Source: Paragordius varius
Taxonomy: Eukaryota > Animalia > Nematomorpha
Assembly (NCBI GenBank): GCA_964247055.1
Contig: OZ176059.1
Location: forward strand, 248,001-312,000
Reading direction: 5' to 3'
DNA: 64,000 nt
Within the stretch, counting starts at the first letter, position 1. Every line of letters begins with the position of its first letter. Made by a program: the position numbers and the translations under genes. The notes beneath the pieces are model-generated. The model saw only the letters and a list, made by a program, of their open reading frames with translations, was not told the origin of the DNA and did no database searches. This document shows positions 28,700 through 42,482 of the stretch, in pieces.

Positions 28700-31600
28700 T
28701 ATTAAAATTAAATTAAACAAAATAGTTTTTAAACTAAGGAAACAAAATACCTATGACAATTATTTTATACATATATTATTTGTTATAATAAACAACACAA
28801 TGAGTTCATTAAATATTTTAATTGATATCCATTTTCTTTTGATTTTCCAAGTGTCAGAATGTGTTATAAACGACCTATATATATATATATATATATATTA
28901 TTATTATTATCTAAGAAAACTAATTTTAAATATCAAAATTAAACAAAAATATTGATTTTAATTAAATACATCAGAGCACAATTGTAAATACTTGGATAAC
29001 AGGTAAAAATGTACATGAAAACAATAAAATTTTGTGACCATTAACTCAAACTTTTTGGCCGTGCCATGCCACAAAAGTCAATATAATATTTGTATTACTT
29101 ATCTATATATAATGGATTGACTTATATTTTTGGGTAATGAAAAAATTTATTAAGCGTATATATATTAAATAGTGTTAAAAAAAGCATGTAATGACAATAT
29201 GTAACTTTAAAAAGCCCTAAAGGTTTCATATATAATATACTTGTATAATTTAAACGATGAAAAATTATTCGTTTTAGAAAAATGATCTTTTAAACGGACT
29301 GCTTGACTGACAACAAAATTAAATTATTGTTCTAAATGTTTGAAATTAAAACTAATATAAATCATTGCAAATCATATAAATTTATAGGGAGAAATAAGAG
29401 AATGGGTTGTAAAATTAAACAAATATTTTTAAAATACCTACACAATAAAAGTTATTTATGATTATAAAAGTGAATTTTTTAGAAAGTAATTTCTGGAAAA
29501 ATCTTATAAGCGCTTAGATATTAATAAATATTTTCAGCCAAACGATATTAAACTACGAATAAAAAAAACCAAAAAATATACCTTTGACCACATATGAATT
29601 CCAGGTGTGTAATAGTGTACCACTAAAATAAAATAAAAAATAGTTAATAATTATAGTAATAAAATCGGTTATATAAATTTTTTTATAAAATATTTTTGAT
29701 GATAGATGAATATATCAGGGGGTGGTTTTGTTTGTAAGGCTAAGAAATTTTACTTTTGTCGCAAATGCGCCATATAAAAAATTGCGAAATTTGCGGTAAT
29801 CAACATATTTTTTAAAGAGACGATTCTTATTATAAGGTCGAAAAATCGTAGATTTTGCGAAAAGAATTTTTAATATTTGTCCACATATTTTTGAATGCAT
29901 TTAAATTTTATTAAATTTTTTATGGATCATGTTTTGTATTTTTGGAGCATTGTTAAAAGGTAAAAACACACTTTAAGATACTTTAAAATTGGATGCCAAG
30001 CTTTCCTGTCTACTAAGATATTGATCGGCTGCTCGTCTTATAATTTCAATGTTGTTGCTGTCACAAAAAATTAACATAAATAGGGAAACGATCTCATCAA
30101 AATTATGTAAAAATATTTTCATAATGTCTTTAAGGATTTTTAACAGTTTCCGCTATATTTTCAAATACTATAAAATACGCTTAAAATTTTGAAAAAAAAA
30201 TAAATTTTTAACGCATATTTTATAAAATATTATGATGTCATAGTATTAAGTTATTAGCGCGTATTCGTCTTGTTAGTTTTGCGTTATTTTTAGCAAAACA
30301 GCCTATTTTAGATAGGTTCAAAAGAGTCTTTCAGAGCCCACATATAATTAATGCTATGTTTTCTAGATATTGAAATTTTAATGATACAGCTAGCTTTCAG
30401 ATAAATTTATAATCAATCATTTGCGTTGTGATATCAACAGTGGACGAAACCGATAGATAAATTAGATAGAATTTGTTGCTTTTAGTTTTGAGCCTAACAA
30501 AGAAATTATAACAATTTTGTTTTATTGCTTCATATCAAAAATCGCAAAACTTACACAATCTATGTATGCTAAATAATTTTTGCTGAAATCTTAACGCTTT
30601 CCAAAACAATCCATGCAAGTATTAATAAATAATGATTATAAAAAATTTCTATTATTTGTTGTAGTTTTAAAACATCAAAATGGTTAGGTAAAATAATTTC
30701 AAAAAGCTCAGATTTCTTGCAAGCATTGTTAACACTCCATTACTATCGCGATAGTTTTATATCCCAAAGCTTTTGAATTTTGAATATCTCTTTAAATATA
30801 TTCTTTAGCCATTTAGACGCATTATACAATTTTTTTAAAAAATCTTAAATTGTAAAAAAACGTAGCAAACTTCTGCCGCTATTTTTTTTCTTTAATTTTT
30901 TTTATACCGCTAATGCCTGATAAATAAATGGTTTTGCCCTGAATAAATGTAATAAAACCTTAAAAAGACTTCAGGCTGCATTTTACCGGCAAAAACTTGA
31001 TATATTTTCATTTATATAAGCTGTTCGTCCAGTGTTAGGAAGTTTCTAAATTTTATACTCTAAAAGTCACCAAACTGTAATAGATATAAGTTTTTATGTA
31101 AAACATGTGAAAAATGTTTGAATATGGACTGGAATTCGGAATGAAAAAGGCCGAAAAGCACTTTAAGGCCTTAAAAATACCCTTAATATTTTTAATTTAA
31201 TGAGACAGAACATTTCTCTCTCAAAAATTTGATTAAAATATATCAGATTTAAGTTTAAATTGTGTTAAAAATTTATTGAAATTTAAGTTATAACAATTAT
31301 TTAAATTAAAATTTGTGAGTGGAAATGTTAGCATCATGGAATAATAAGATATAACATCTTAAATTGGATACAATACATTCATATTAGTCCTTCGATTCTA
31401 ATTGGGATCGTTGGATGCCCCAGGCTTAGTTGAAAATAAGGTGAATAAATTAAAACCATTGCAAAAGTTTGCAATTATAAAACATTAATGAACAAAAAAT
31501 AAAAAAATCATTCATACTGGATATTACTTATTCAGAGGTAAAACCCAAAGGTTAAAATTTAGTCAACATGACATTGCATAGCTAAATATATAATGCAAAT

Positions 31601-33727
31601 GTACCACTTTTTCTGTTTATATAAATGTTAAATGTGATTTTTAAAATAGCAAACTTAATTTTAGCATTAGAATCAAATAAACACGATATTTTGCAAAAAT
31701 GTAAAACAAAAATGGCGCTGAAGTAGTTTGATACAGAATATTTTTTCAAAACTATTTTTTAGATATTTTGGCTTGTTAATACAATTATAACCACTTTCTG
31801 TTATGCAGCAGTTACCACAAAATCAGTAATAACATTCTTATATCACTCGTAAGGCATATAAAAGCATCATGGCAATCTTGATCCATTTCATCAGGATATT
31901 TTAAGTTTAAAATTATGTATATAACTTGGTAAAAGCTAGATGTTTATTCTGATATTTTTAAATATATCCTACGCTAATTTTAAAAAAAACCTCCGAAAAG
32001 CTCAAATTTTTGGATCCCACATAGACTAATTTCCTATAATAAACGCAAAATGCCATGCGCGAATAAATGTATCAATACCAGCTAGATTATGATATCATAA
32101 TCAAATACACTTCAATAAAACTTTAATATATATTTTAAGTACGCATTAATTTAAGAGTGACTTTTCAATGTTTAAACTATTATATTTTAAATGGCGGAAT
32201 CTCAGTATGGGTTTGTTTTTTAAAAAACTAGTTTATTTTAGAGAAGTCCAGAAAAACGAGAGTTTCGACCTAAGGTCTAAAAATTTTTTTATATAAATAT
32301 ATATGCTTTAAAGATATTTTTAAAAAATACATTCAAGAGCTAACTTTTGCCAATTTATTTAGAAGGTGCGCTAGTTTTTTGATTTCTGAAATGAAACAAT
32401 TAGACAAGTTTAAATATATAATTACCCGTCAAAAATAAAACACCATTAGTATCCTCATAACCAATTGTACAATAGAGTGTCCTTAAACACTTCAAGTTGG
32501 TCCTTGAACAGTTCAAGTTGGTCATTGAACACTTCAATTTGGTCCTTTGACTTTTTTGTTTTGTTTATAACTTTTATCAATCAAATCGTAAATTCATCTA
32601 TTTTATTGTTTTTAACCTATTTTCTATTATTTAACATAAATTTTAAATCGATATCAACTTTTAATCTTTGAGAAACCGTATATCTTTATCAATTTCTCAA
32701 AATAAATTTGAATTTATAAGATTTTAACACGAAATGAAAAAAGATACAAGTTTTCTGGGTTATTAATTACATTTCACTTAAAACATTAAAAAGTTAATCA
32801 TTTTGTTCAATTGAAAAAAAATAAGTTTGAAACAAAAAAGTGGTTTTTCAATAAAAAATTGTATTTTTAAATAAATAAATATATAATAAATAAAGAAAAA
32901 TAGGTTAATAAATAAAATAAAAAAATAAATGCAAAAATTATGGTAAATGTACAAATTTTAGGGACCAACTTGAAGTGTTAAAGGACTAACTTGAACTGTT
33001 CTAGGACCAACTTGAATTGTTCAAGGACCAACTTGAAGTGTTCAAGGACCAACTGTTCAAGGACCAACTTGAGGTGGTTAAGGACACTCTTGAAGTGCAA
33101 ATAATATATATTATGCATCATTTTTACTGTATAATCCATTAAATATTAGTTTGAACGTAGGAAACTACATAGCCCTGTCACACCTCATTATGACTTAGTA
33201 TAATTATTAATTAAAAAATTGGTGTGATATTTAATTCACTAAGGACATGGAGATAAAAAGATCAATAAAATACATTAAATTGGTCTCTTATTCAAGGTAC
33301 TTCTTCACCTATTATTCAACAAATTAAATTTTTATTTACAAAAAAATTCGATAAAACTGTTGACTGATGATATTGTACCTCGAAATAATCCAGTTGATTT
33401 ATCCAGATATAAAGGGAATGTCCAATGCTTAAAAACCAACCCCATTTTTTAGGTCGGGGGAGGGAGGCAATTAAAATATTAAGTCATCCTAGGCGTTTAA
33501 TTCAAGTAGGCTTACATGTAATCTTTAAAATTGAGTTAATTATAAAGAAAAACCCCATTTTCAGTAGGATGGAGATGAACTAAGATGTTTTTTACGGTTA
33601 AAAATAGCTCTGACACTAACCTAATTTTAGAGTAAAAAATTCCACTTCCGAACGTGAATGGGCCTACATGCTCCTGGCTCGATACCAATCTTTGTGCAAA
33701 AACATGTGTCACACGAGTGGGACAAAA
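28700..33727 (-). CDS. Probable unannotated multi-exon gene (helical protein, family not recognised)
   Basis: Best exon 30152-29982 (171 nt, aaaatatag|...|gtatct, phase 0/0) encodes RKLLKILKDIMKIFLHNFDEIVSLFMLIFCDSNNIEIIRRAADQYLSRQESLASNFK and joins in frame to 29622-29582 (tattttag|WYTITHLEFICGQ|gtatat). Further AG/GT-bounded open segments: 33727-33621 (FCPTRVTHVFAQRLVSSQEHVGPFTFGSGIFYSKI), 33427-33379, ~31.9-31.8 kb (IYIILNLKYPDEMDQDCHDAFICLT) and ~28.87-28.75 kb. The full model is not resolved. Confidence 0.45.
32458..33108. mobile_element. Foldback family B copy
   Basis: Same 21-bp inverted arrays and core (tttgactttttgttttg...aaccgtatatcttt) as 49352-50067; right end ctcttgaagtgcaaataatata. 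Confidence 0.85.
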
Positions 33728-35097
33728 CTGAGAGCAAATATATCAAAATGTTTTAAACACTCTCATGGAACATTTGTTTTATATAAAATTAATTTTTGAA
33801 CATTTCCCGAAAAACTGCTTTAAAGCCAAAATACTTAAGTATTTATTTTTTTATCCAAAATATAAATTAAAACTCCCAATTATGCTCCAAAAATTCAAAA
33901 TTTATCAAAAAGTGTCAATAGGGTTCTGTTAAATTTTAATATGTAGAAATTATCGCAAGTAAAAATATAAAGCCAAATATTTATAGATGTCCAAATCCCT
34001 TTATTTAGAATACGTCCTATATTAAAAAGCGGATTTGAATATGAAAACTACCTCAAAATTGACCTTATTTTAAAATAATCAATTTTAAAGCTTGCAATGT
34101 TTTCTTAATGCATATTGTAATTAAAAAACTTAAATTACAAGGTCCAAATAAATATTTTACTATGTAATATTAGAGAATTATATGGAAAAAAGTGTTTTTA
34201 TAATATCTTAAATTTTCTTATATCGTTTTCTTGGCTGCCAAACGCAAAAAAGACACTTTATCAAAATATTTCTATAAGCTAACATATATATAAAAATTCT
34301 TATCGACAGGTTCGGTCTGCGTTTACTTTTTAATATAGCTAATTTAATTTTTTTTAAAAAATTATTAAAAATTTTGTGATTATGTTAAATGGCTGCCAAA
34401 AAATAACACAAATTCGATTTTAAGAATTATTGACTGAGAAAAAGCTGATTTAACTATTTTGAAAAACTGTAAACCACCCAAAAAATTCTGTTTATTTTCC
34501 TTATTTATTAATAAAAACTTTTTAAAAATAATTATTGAAGTTGGTGATTTGGACATTCATCAAATCATCCACTAGAGACAAATCACCAAAATATATTATA
34601 ATTATATATGTAGAATAATAACATTTATTTTTACGCTATTAGTTAAGTTATATTAAAAATTATCTTTAAGATAAAAATGATAAAATAAATTGGCAAAGCA
34701 TTTATGTAATACATTATATGCGCAATTATCATAGTTGGTAAAATAAAGGTATCCAAAAATTAATTAAAAAAATTGTTTAGTACCAGCGTTTATTATTATT
34801 ATTGATATATTTAATTTAAAATTGGTAATATAAATCTAAACTAATATGAACAACAATTATTTTGGTGACATTTTAGGTGTGATACGTTATTGATAAAATA
34901 TCTTTAACAAGGTAAATTAATATTTACATGAAGGCATAAATAAAGGATAACAAATAACTGTAACATCAAAAATTACATTGCTAATCGTTTAAAACCATAC
35001 ATTTTTGCCCTGGAATGATGTTAAAATTCGAGTAAATTAAATAAAAACACTACGTGTTTGATTTTATAGCGCTTTTCATTTTGAGCGGTATGTGTAT

Positions 35098-36393
35098 TTA
35101 TGCCATAATTTGATTTTCTTGTGGCATACTTTCAGACTCTAAGACAATTATATTAGACGTTTCTTTCTTCTTTTTAGTGATGAGTGTAGTGTTAAAGGTA
35201 CAACATCTTTCATGATTATAATGAATAAATGATATTTGGCTATTTTCATCATCCATGAAACTTTCTTCGTTAAAATTGGTAACAAATTTATCGTTTAGAT
35301 ATTTATTAGGTAAAATTGTGTCCGAATTGGAAGTGATTGTTGGATTATTTGATGTTTCGTTATAACACATCACGGGCAACGTTTTTTCGTTTAGCTTTAT
35401 ATTCTGAATAGTATTGTCCTCATGAGTGATATTAGGCGTTAAAATATTTGGTTTAAGCTGTTCTAACCCTTTGTCCGTAATACAATTATTGACGGGGTCT
35501 AAATTTTGGGTATCATTAAAGTTTTTAGTGTTGTTATCACGAAAATTTTCGTATGCATATAACTTTTTAACATTTTTTTTCCATTTTTTCCGCAAACGTT
35601 TTACACGTCGATTGGTGGAAGGAGGTTTATGTTTAGTAGCAATAACGCAATTATTATGGTTAAAAAAATTAACATTACGATGATTAGGTTGATTTTTATT
35701 ATTATTAGCATGACCAGTTTCGGATATAGCATATTGGTGGTAACGATAATATCGTGGTATATAATATTTGCAAATGAAATAACTTATGACACAAGATTGG
35801 ACAAAAGTGAAAATATAAAATAGGAATAAAAATATCCCAACTCCTGCTAAAACCACCAATATTAAAATGATGATTGGAAATGTATCATTATCATAATCAT
35901 CATTTTTAAAATTATGAAATAAAGGGCTTAAATCTCTTTTTTCCATACTGCGCATAAAATTATTATGTAGAAATAGTAAGGCACGTTGTAATATATTGGG
36001 AACGATATCATCAGGTTTGAATGAAATAGAGGTATCATCAATATGTTGTGAGGAATACTTTTCATTGTCATAACCATTTTGTTTAATGTTAACCAAAAAA
36101 TAATTGTATATATAAACAGCTAGACGTTGTACCATGTTAATTAAAATGGTTATGAAATGATTTAACAGACATTTTAAACTATTCTTCTCCTTATTATATT
36201 GCGGCGTATTATTGTAATATAAAAAAGTAGTATTTTTATTGCTTGTTGACCTATGGATTACATGATGATGTGCGTTTGGAAATGGAATGTTAGATGACAT
36301 GAATGGAAAATTAAAAGACGACTTATTTTTGGTGAGTTGAGTGAAATATTGCAAGATATTAGTTGATGGGATGGGTCGTGATGCGCCACTAAT
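35098..36393 (-). CDS. Large terminal exon (~430 codons) with a transmembrane helix and basic patch; probably the SUCO 3' exon
   Basis: The 418-aa ORF extends upstream in frame to a phase-0 acceptor (ccttttatag|ATTAGTGGC at 36393), compatible with the phase-0 donor at 37355. It has a hydrophobic stretch [27 protein letters not shown] followed by [12 protein letters not shown]. Confidence 0.6.
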   Translation of the reverse strand: MSGASRPIPSTNILQYFTQLTKNKSSFNFPFMSSNIPFPNAHHHVIHRSTSNKNTTFLYYNNTPQYNKEKNSLKCLLNHFITILINMVQRLAVYIYNYFLVNIKQNGYDNEKYSSQHIDDTSISFKPDDIVPNILQRALLFLHNNFMRSMEKRDLSPLFHNFKNDDYDNDTFPIIILILVVLAGVGIFLFLFYIFTFVQSCVISYFICKYYIPRYYRYHQYAISETGHANNNKNQPNHRNVNFFNHNNCVIATKHKPPSTNRRVKRLRKKWKKNVKKLYAYENFRDNNTKNFNDTQNLDPVNNCITDKGLEQLKPNILTPNITHEDNTIQNIKLNEKTLPVMCYNETSNNPTITSNSDTILPNKYLNDKFVTNFNEESFMDDENSQISFIHYNHERCCTFNTTLITKKKKETSNIIVLESESMPQENQIMA

Positions 36394-39300
36394 CTATAAA
36401 AGGATATTATTGTAAAATATATACTAATCCAATTTACAAATCGAAAATTCCACTGTGTTAAAACATTTGAAATTGGTTTCAATTTGAATACAATAAGTCC
36501 CCATAAAGTACACAATTGTATAAAAAATACATGGCTTATAATCCGGATCATGACACACTGTATCACTACAAAAAGATGATTAATTAACTTGAATATTATC
36601 AGTTTTTTTCCCTTATTAATATATTATTTAATATTATTCAAAAAAAATATTTAAACAAATGATTCAATTTACATAAAGGATTCTGGATTATTTGAGGTAA
36701 ATTACAAATACAAACTTATAAGCATGGGAGAAGCTAAACTGAGTTTTAATCGATAATAACTTAATACAACTCATTTTAAATAACATAGGGGTGATTATTA
36801 TAAGAAGACAATATATATCTTACTTTAATTGCTTTTTTAAATCTAGTATATGTGCCAATTATTTCCCTTGTTGACAAAGTCATATAAACGGATACAAAGA
36901 CAAAGGTTATTTTAAAATATTATAGAAATCGCAAGTTGTTTATATAGTTAGCAGACGTAATAATAATTTTATGCCAATATAACCAACATATTATACCTCT
37001 AAAATTACAGAAATCGAATACAGACAAAACATAAAACTATAAAGACAAAATTTTTTCAAAAGACACCATACTTTTTCAAACATTAATTTTATATAAAATA
37101 TTACCACTGTAAAATATTTAATTTTTGTGTTGCCAATATACATCTCTATTTCATCCACTAAACAGTGACTTATTGGGGATATAAATCAAGATTTAAAAAA
37201 AGTATGGATATCTTTATATTTTTACGTTTTGTTCGTATAATTCCATTTTTTACTGTACTTAACTAATTTTATGTTTTAAGCATTTACAAGACAAGAACAG
37301 AAATAACGCAAAATCAAACATGATCCCATTTAACTGAAAAAAAGATATATAAACCTTATCCCATAACAATCGATGCTTATTATTGGTGGCTAGACGGGCA
37401 TCAATTTTTCCAACATGTTGGCTAAGCTTATGTTGCGTGCCTTTGAGTTGGTGAAACAAGTCAGTAAGTTGCGTTATATTGGTTGTAATTTGCCCTTTGT
37501 GTTGAACCAAGTGTTGTGATAACGTTTCAAGGGCTTGTGACATAGATTGCACATGTTGCAAATAACTCCGGGATAATTCATCCAAATAACGTACCGTAAG
37601 GGATAAATTGGCTTCCAACGTTTTTATACGGTTATTCAGACGCATAAAAATGGATTCCTTTTATCAAATACAAACGAATAAATTATTTTAGTGTGTTAAT
37701 TGAGGAATATGGATGTAAATTACTCGCGTATATATATATATATATATATAAGCAACGTTAGGTATATTATAAACTCATTATCACCTCCAACACTTAAAAT
37801 TCACCCAAAATGTAAATTCTGTAGGCTAATTTTACTCATTGATATGCTATTTGATTTTTTTGTATTAGGTTATTTTTAAACGAAATTTTATTTTTGAATA
37901 TCCAAATATATAGTTAATTTTTGTTAAACACACATATTTTATTTTTAGGGTAAATGTTCAAAAGAGAATGTTTTTGAGGAGGACATGGAAATGTCAAGGG
38001 TGAATTGGAGGTGTAAATGGTATAGATATAATATTTCGGATCGAAATAATCCATTATTAATTAAATAATTTATATTTATTAATATATTTTACGTTAAAAT
38101 AATAAATAAATTTTCGTAAGATTTATTAAAATTTTCGATATATGGTTAGCTCAGTAGCCTAAAATCGATCATAAAAACGTAACAAATTATTAGAAGGGAC
38201 AAATACAACTTAACAAACGGTTTTTATATTTAATAATTTAGCATAGACAATAGTTCTATCGGTGCTATTTTTTGAAAATTATGAGAACAAAATTTATATT
38301 GAAGGGCTACTATATTTGTTAATTAAATTACCAGTATTAAAATTTAAATAATTATGGGCCTTAAATAATTGTTTTTCATTGGTATACAATACGTTATATA
38401 ATTTTACTGTAGAATTTAAAGTAAATGCAAAATCAAATAAAAAGGCTGTAAGACTTATATATTTTCATATAAATCCATAAACTAATGTATATTGGGTGGC
38501 ATACTTGGGGAATAGAAGTAAATTGATAATAGTTATACATATTACAATTTTATATTTGTTGATTGTACTAATTCCTAAAAAATAATACCTTACCTTATGA
38601 CTAGCCACTAAACCAAGAGCAGTCGGTTGTTGTTGTGTAAAGGCTTCACTCATGATAATGGGATGGGGAGGAATGTGTTCAGATTTAATTTCATTAAGTA
38701 ATGTGGTATCATTTGTAAAATTGTTGTTTGCTTGTTTAATGTTTGCCGCCATCAATGTTTTCGTCGTTTCGTTTCCATCATGATTAATGATGGGTTTTTG
38801 ATCTATTTCGTGAATACTACCTTTAACATTTGGATTTGTGTTGAAGTCTATAACATATATGTACATGTATGTTAATAAATTTTTTATATATGCATAAATA
38901 TATAATGTTATCTGTATGGTGCGACTTATATATATATATATTACAGAAGCGTATGGCGCAAAACAATGTTAGTCCATAAAGGAATAATAAAAGTTTTTTT
39001 CAAAAAAACAAAGGGATATTGATATGTGTGCACATAAATTTTCATTCTTTTTGGACTAACATCGTATGCCATACGCAACTGTCACCACTATAACCGATTA
39101 TATTTAACAAAAAATTCATTCGAGGAAAATTTAAATTTTTTTTTAATGTCTATATATATAAAATATATATGATCGTTTTTTAAAATATAATAAATGGTTT
39201 TAATAAGTTGATAATAATACATAAATAAATTATAATGTAGAGAGCTCTAAAATATCCATTTATAGATAGATTTAGCGGGACGCTTGGTTGTTAAAAACAT

Positions 39301-39826
39301 AAAGTGATTTAAATACAGATATTAAAATAAATTATATACACCTATAGGATAAATATCGATTAATTTAATTAGTTTATCTATTAAATTTGGAATATTACAA
39401 TATATATTATATCTAACAAGAAAATTGTATTAAATTACCTTTTTGAAGCCATCGCATACATGTAGAAAATAATATTTCGGCATAAAAACAATGAAGACTA
39501 TGCAATGTTTGATAACATTTGGCCATAGTAAAAAATTTGTTTAATTCGATATTTGTTTGATTAATTAGGTTATCATTATTATTATTAGTATTAAAATGTA
39601 AAATTTGTTGAAGTAACCAATATAATTTTTCTTGATTATTACACATGTGTAATTTATGGGAGTCACGATTAAAATTATCAAATATTTCTTTTGGGATGTC
39701 AGATATATTTGGCTTGTGGCGGCCTAGGTTAAAACATTTTTGGAAATGTAGCCTCCAAAACGGTATTATTACATTGGCCATAATGACGTTTGATTGTTGA
39801 TCTAATATTATAAGATAAGTAAATTG

Positions 39827-39862
<36 letters not shown>

Positions 39863-42437
39863 TATACACTTTAAAGTCGCTTTTCCCTTTTTTGTTAAAG
39901 AGTAAGGGCTTAAATTTCATTCGGACATGTGAATACTTTAACACTCGTGCAAAAAGAGTCCGGCGCCCTAACTATTATACCATCACGCCTCAAGATAAGT
40001 AGATAGCATGATACTTACTAATTAAAGTATTTGATAAAATAATTATAAAAAAGTCATACGTAACAATTAGAGAGAGTATTTTATAAGTATTTAGGTTAAT
40101 ATCTTAAAAAGTTAATTTATTATACTTATATTTTGGTGTGTAAACTCGTTTTGCAAGTAAATTTTTTGTAAGGTATGTTTAATTAGATACAGCCAATTAA
40201 AATCTTTAAAAATGCATGGCCCAATTATAAAGATAAAAAATTAATTACATACAAATGAAGAATTTTTAGCATGATTATTAGGCTTAATAAATGCAAATCT
40301 CATCTACATTGTATCAAAAGTTTTTTTTTCCATCTTAATCCGAACCTGTTTTCACTTTTCTCTGTAAAAATAGACAAATAGTTAGAACTTTCCTATCCCC
40401 ACAAAAAACAGACTAGGTATAATAAATTATACAATATTTGTAATTCACTATTAATTATTATTTTAAACATTATAGCGTTCCTTTTTATTTAACTACCTTG
40501 CCTACTTCAGACAAACGCAAAATTTGATATTTTGTGAGATAACAGAATGATCATTTTTAACATTGTCCAAACCAAAAAATACCATATAAACCCCGTTTTT
40601 CCCTTATACCTTGTATAGTATAGCATACGTTTTTAGGACCGTTTACCCATATCAGGAACTTTGATTATGATATTTACTAATTTTTAAAAAAATACTAATT
40701 ATGAAATGGCCAACTTAGCCAACTTTTTTTATCACCTTATTTTAACTGTTCGTATGTTACTGGTAAAAAATATATAAAAAATACACATATAGAAAGGAAA
40801 ATTATATTCAATTTTTAACAACAAATAATCTTACCTTTGTTAATGGTTGCATTCTCAAAGGGATGAGTGACTAATGTGGTTTTATTTGATTGATTTATGG
40901 ACATGACGTTGGATGCGTGACTTAAAATACTTTTCATTGCACCTAAAAAGCCATAATAACAAAATTAATAATAAAAACAAAAAATACATCGCAAAATGAA
41001 ATTAATTTAATTATTTTTTTTCTAATTGAAGTTTTTCCGTTCCAATAACCTTATTAAAACCAATCGAGATTTGGTTAATTTAACAAAAAACAACCCTTAA
41101 ATTTTCAATTTCATAAAAACTTAGTCCAATCCAAGTTCCACTAACTAGACACCATTTCAGTATCCATTATACTCTCTTTATATCTAAAAAATAAAGTTGC
41201 CAACTCAGATTGCAGTTCTATAATTGTGTGCTTTGTGTTACAAAAACATGCGCTACAAACTTTTGCATAATATGGTACAATAAATTTATATCCTGTTACC
41301 AGCAAAATATTTGCATTGTTACCTTACAAGTTACAAAAAATTATGGTGTAGCGTTTGTGCCCTATTTTAAGTGTTTGATATACAAAAAAACTTATGTAAA
41401 AATCCCCTTTAAATTTTTTCTGTTATAAAATAATCCTCACATTTCAATGTAAATGATGTGAAAATTGTCGTAAAATACCGTAAAATAATATACAATTTAT
41501 TGGTTATCAAATTTTCGTTAATAAAAGCATGATTAGGAAGAGCTAGTTAAAACCATGAAAATTAAATTAAAAAATGAATAAAATCATGATTAAGACTACT
41601 TTTATAGGAAAAATTAGAAAGAAACCGTTAATTTGTTAAAAACATTAATAAGAATAATTACTAACTTTTGGCCGTATCAATAATTATATTTTTGGAGGGG
41701 CCATTGGATGAAACATTGTTGTGAACCATATTAAATTCCTGATTCTTTGACATATTAAAATTCATAGAAGATTTTATCAACTGTTCATCATTTTTAATAT
41801 TGGTTTCATTGAATGAGGCCCGATCTGAATTTATATTGGTAATATTATTACTATTATTTATAATATCAAAATCATTTATATTTTGTTGTTGAGTAAATGT
41901 ATCTTTACGATGAGAATTTTTAGCTTTATTGGGGACTACAATAGTGTTATAAACTTCATGCGTCCCATTTAGATTTAATAATTCGTAATCAACTTTTTCC
42001 AACTCATTCGACAAATTTTTCACGTTATTGCTAGGAAAATTAGTATTCGTTTCATTTATAAGGGTATTAATATCGTTATTAAGGTATTCAATATTGCTTA
42101 ACACGATTTCATAGTTTTCCATATTATCGTTGAGTGGTATTTTCTCTTCTGGTCTCATTTTTGTACCAGCTGATGAAAAAGGGATGTTATCGATTTTTGT
42201 GACAGTTTGATTATTGCTTATTACAGATTTATTTAGAATTTCATTTGAGTCAAAATGGGGTAACATAGTATCCGATAATATAGTGGCTGTCGTATTTTGA
42301 TTTTCAATATTTCCATATAAAATGTTGATATTATGGCCATCAGTATGATTTATTAGTGTTATTACTGGTAACGATTTAGGATTGAAGTCTTTTAAAGGTG
42401 TAGGTTTTTCTAAAATATCATTATACATTACACAATG

Positions 42438-42482
<45 letters not shown>

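Noticed and set aside
27986-28955. ORFs 27986-28282 and 28566-28955
   Set aside because: They run through a hAT MITE end and (TA)n tracts (YIYIYI); AT-rich chance ORFs.
30318-30342. Histone stem-loop-like aaagagtctttcagagcccac
   Set aside because: The 5' arm cannot pair with AGAGCC, and there is no histone CDS upstream.
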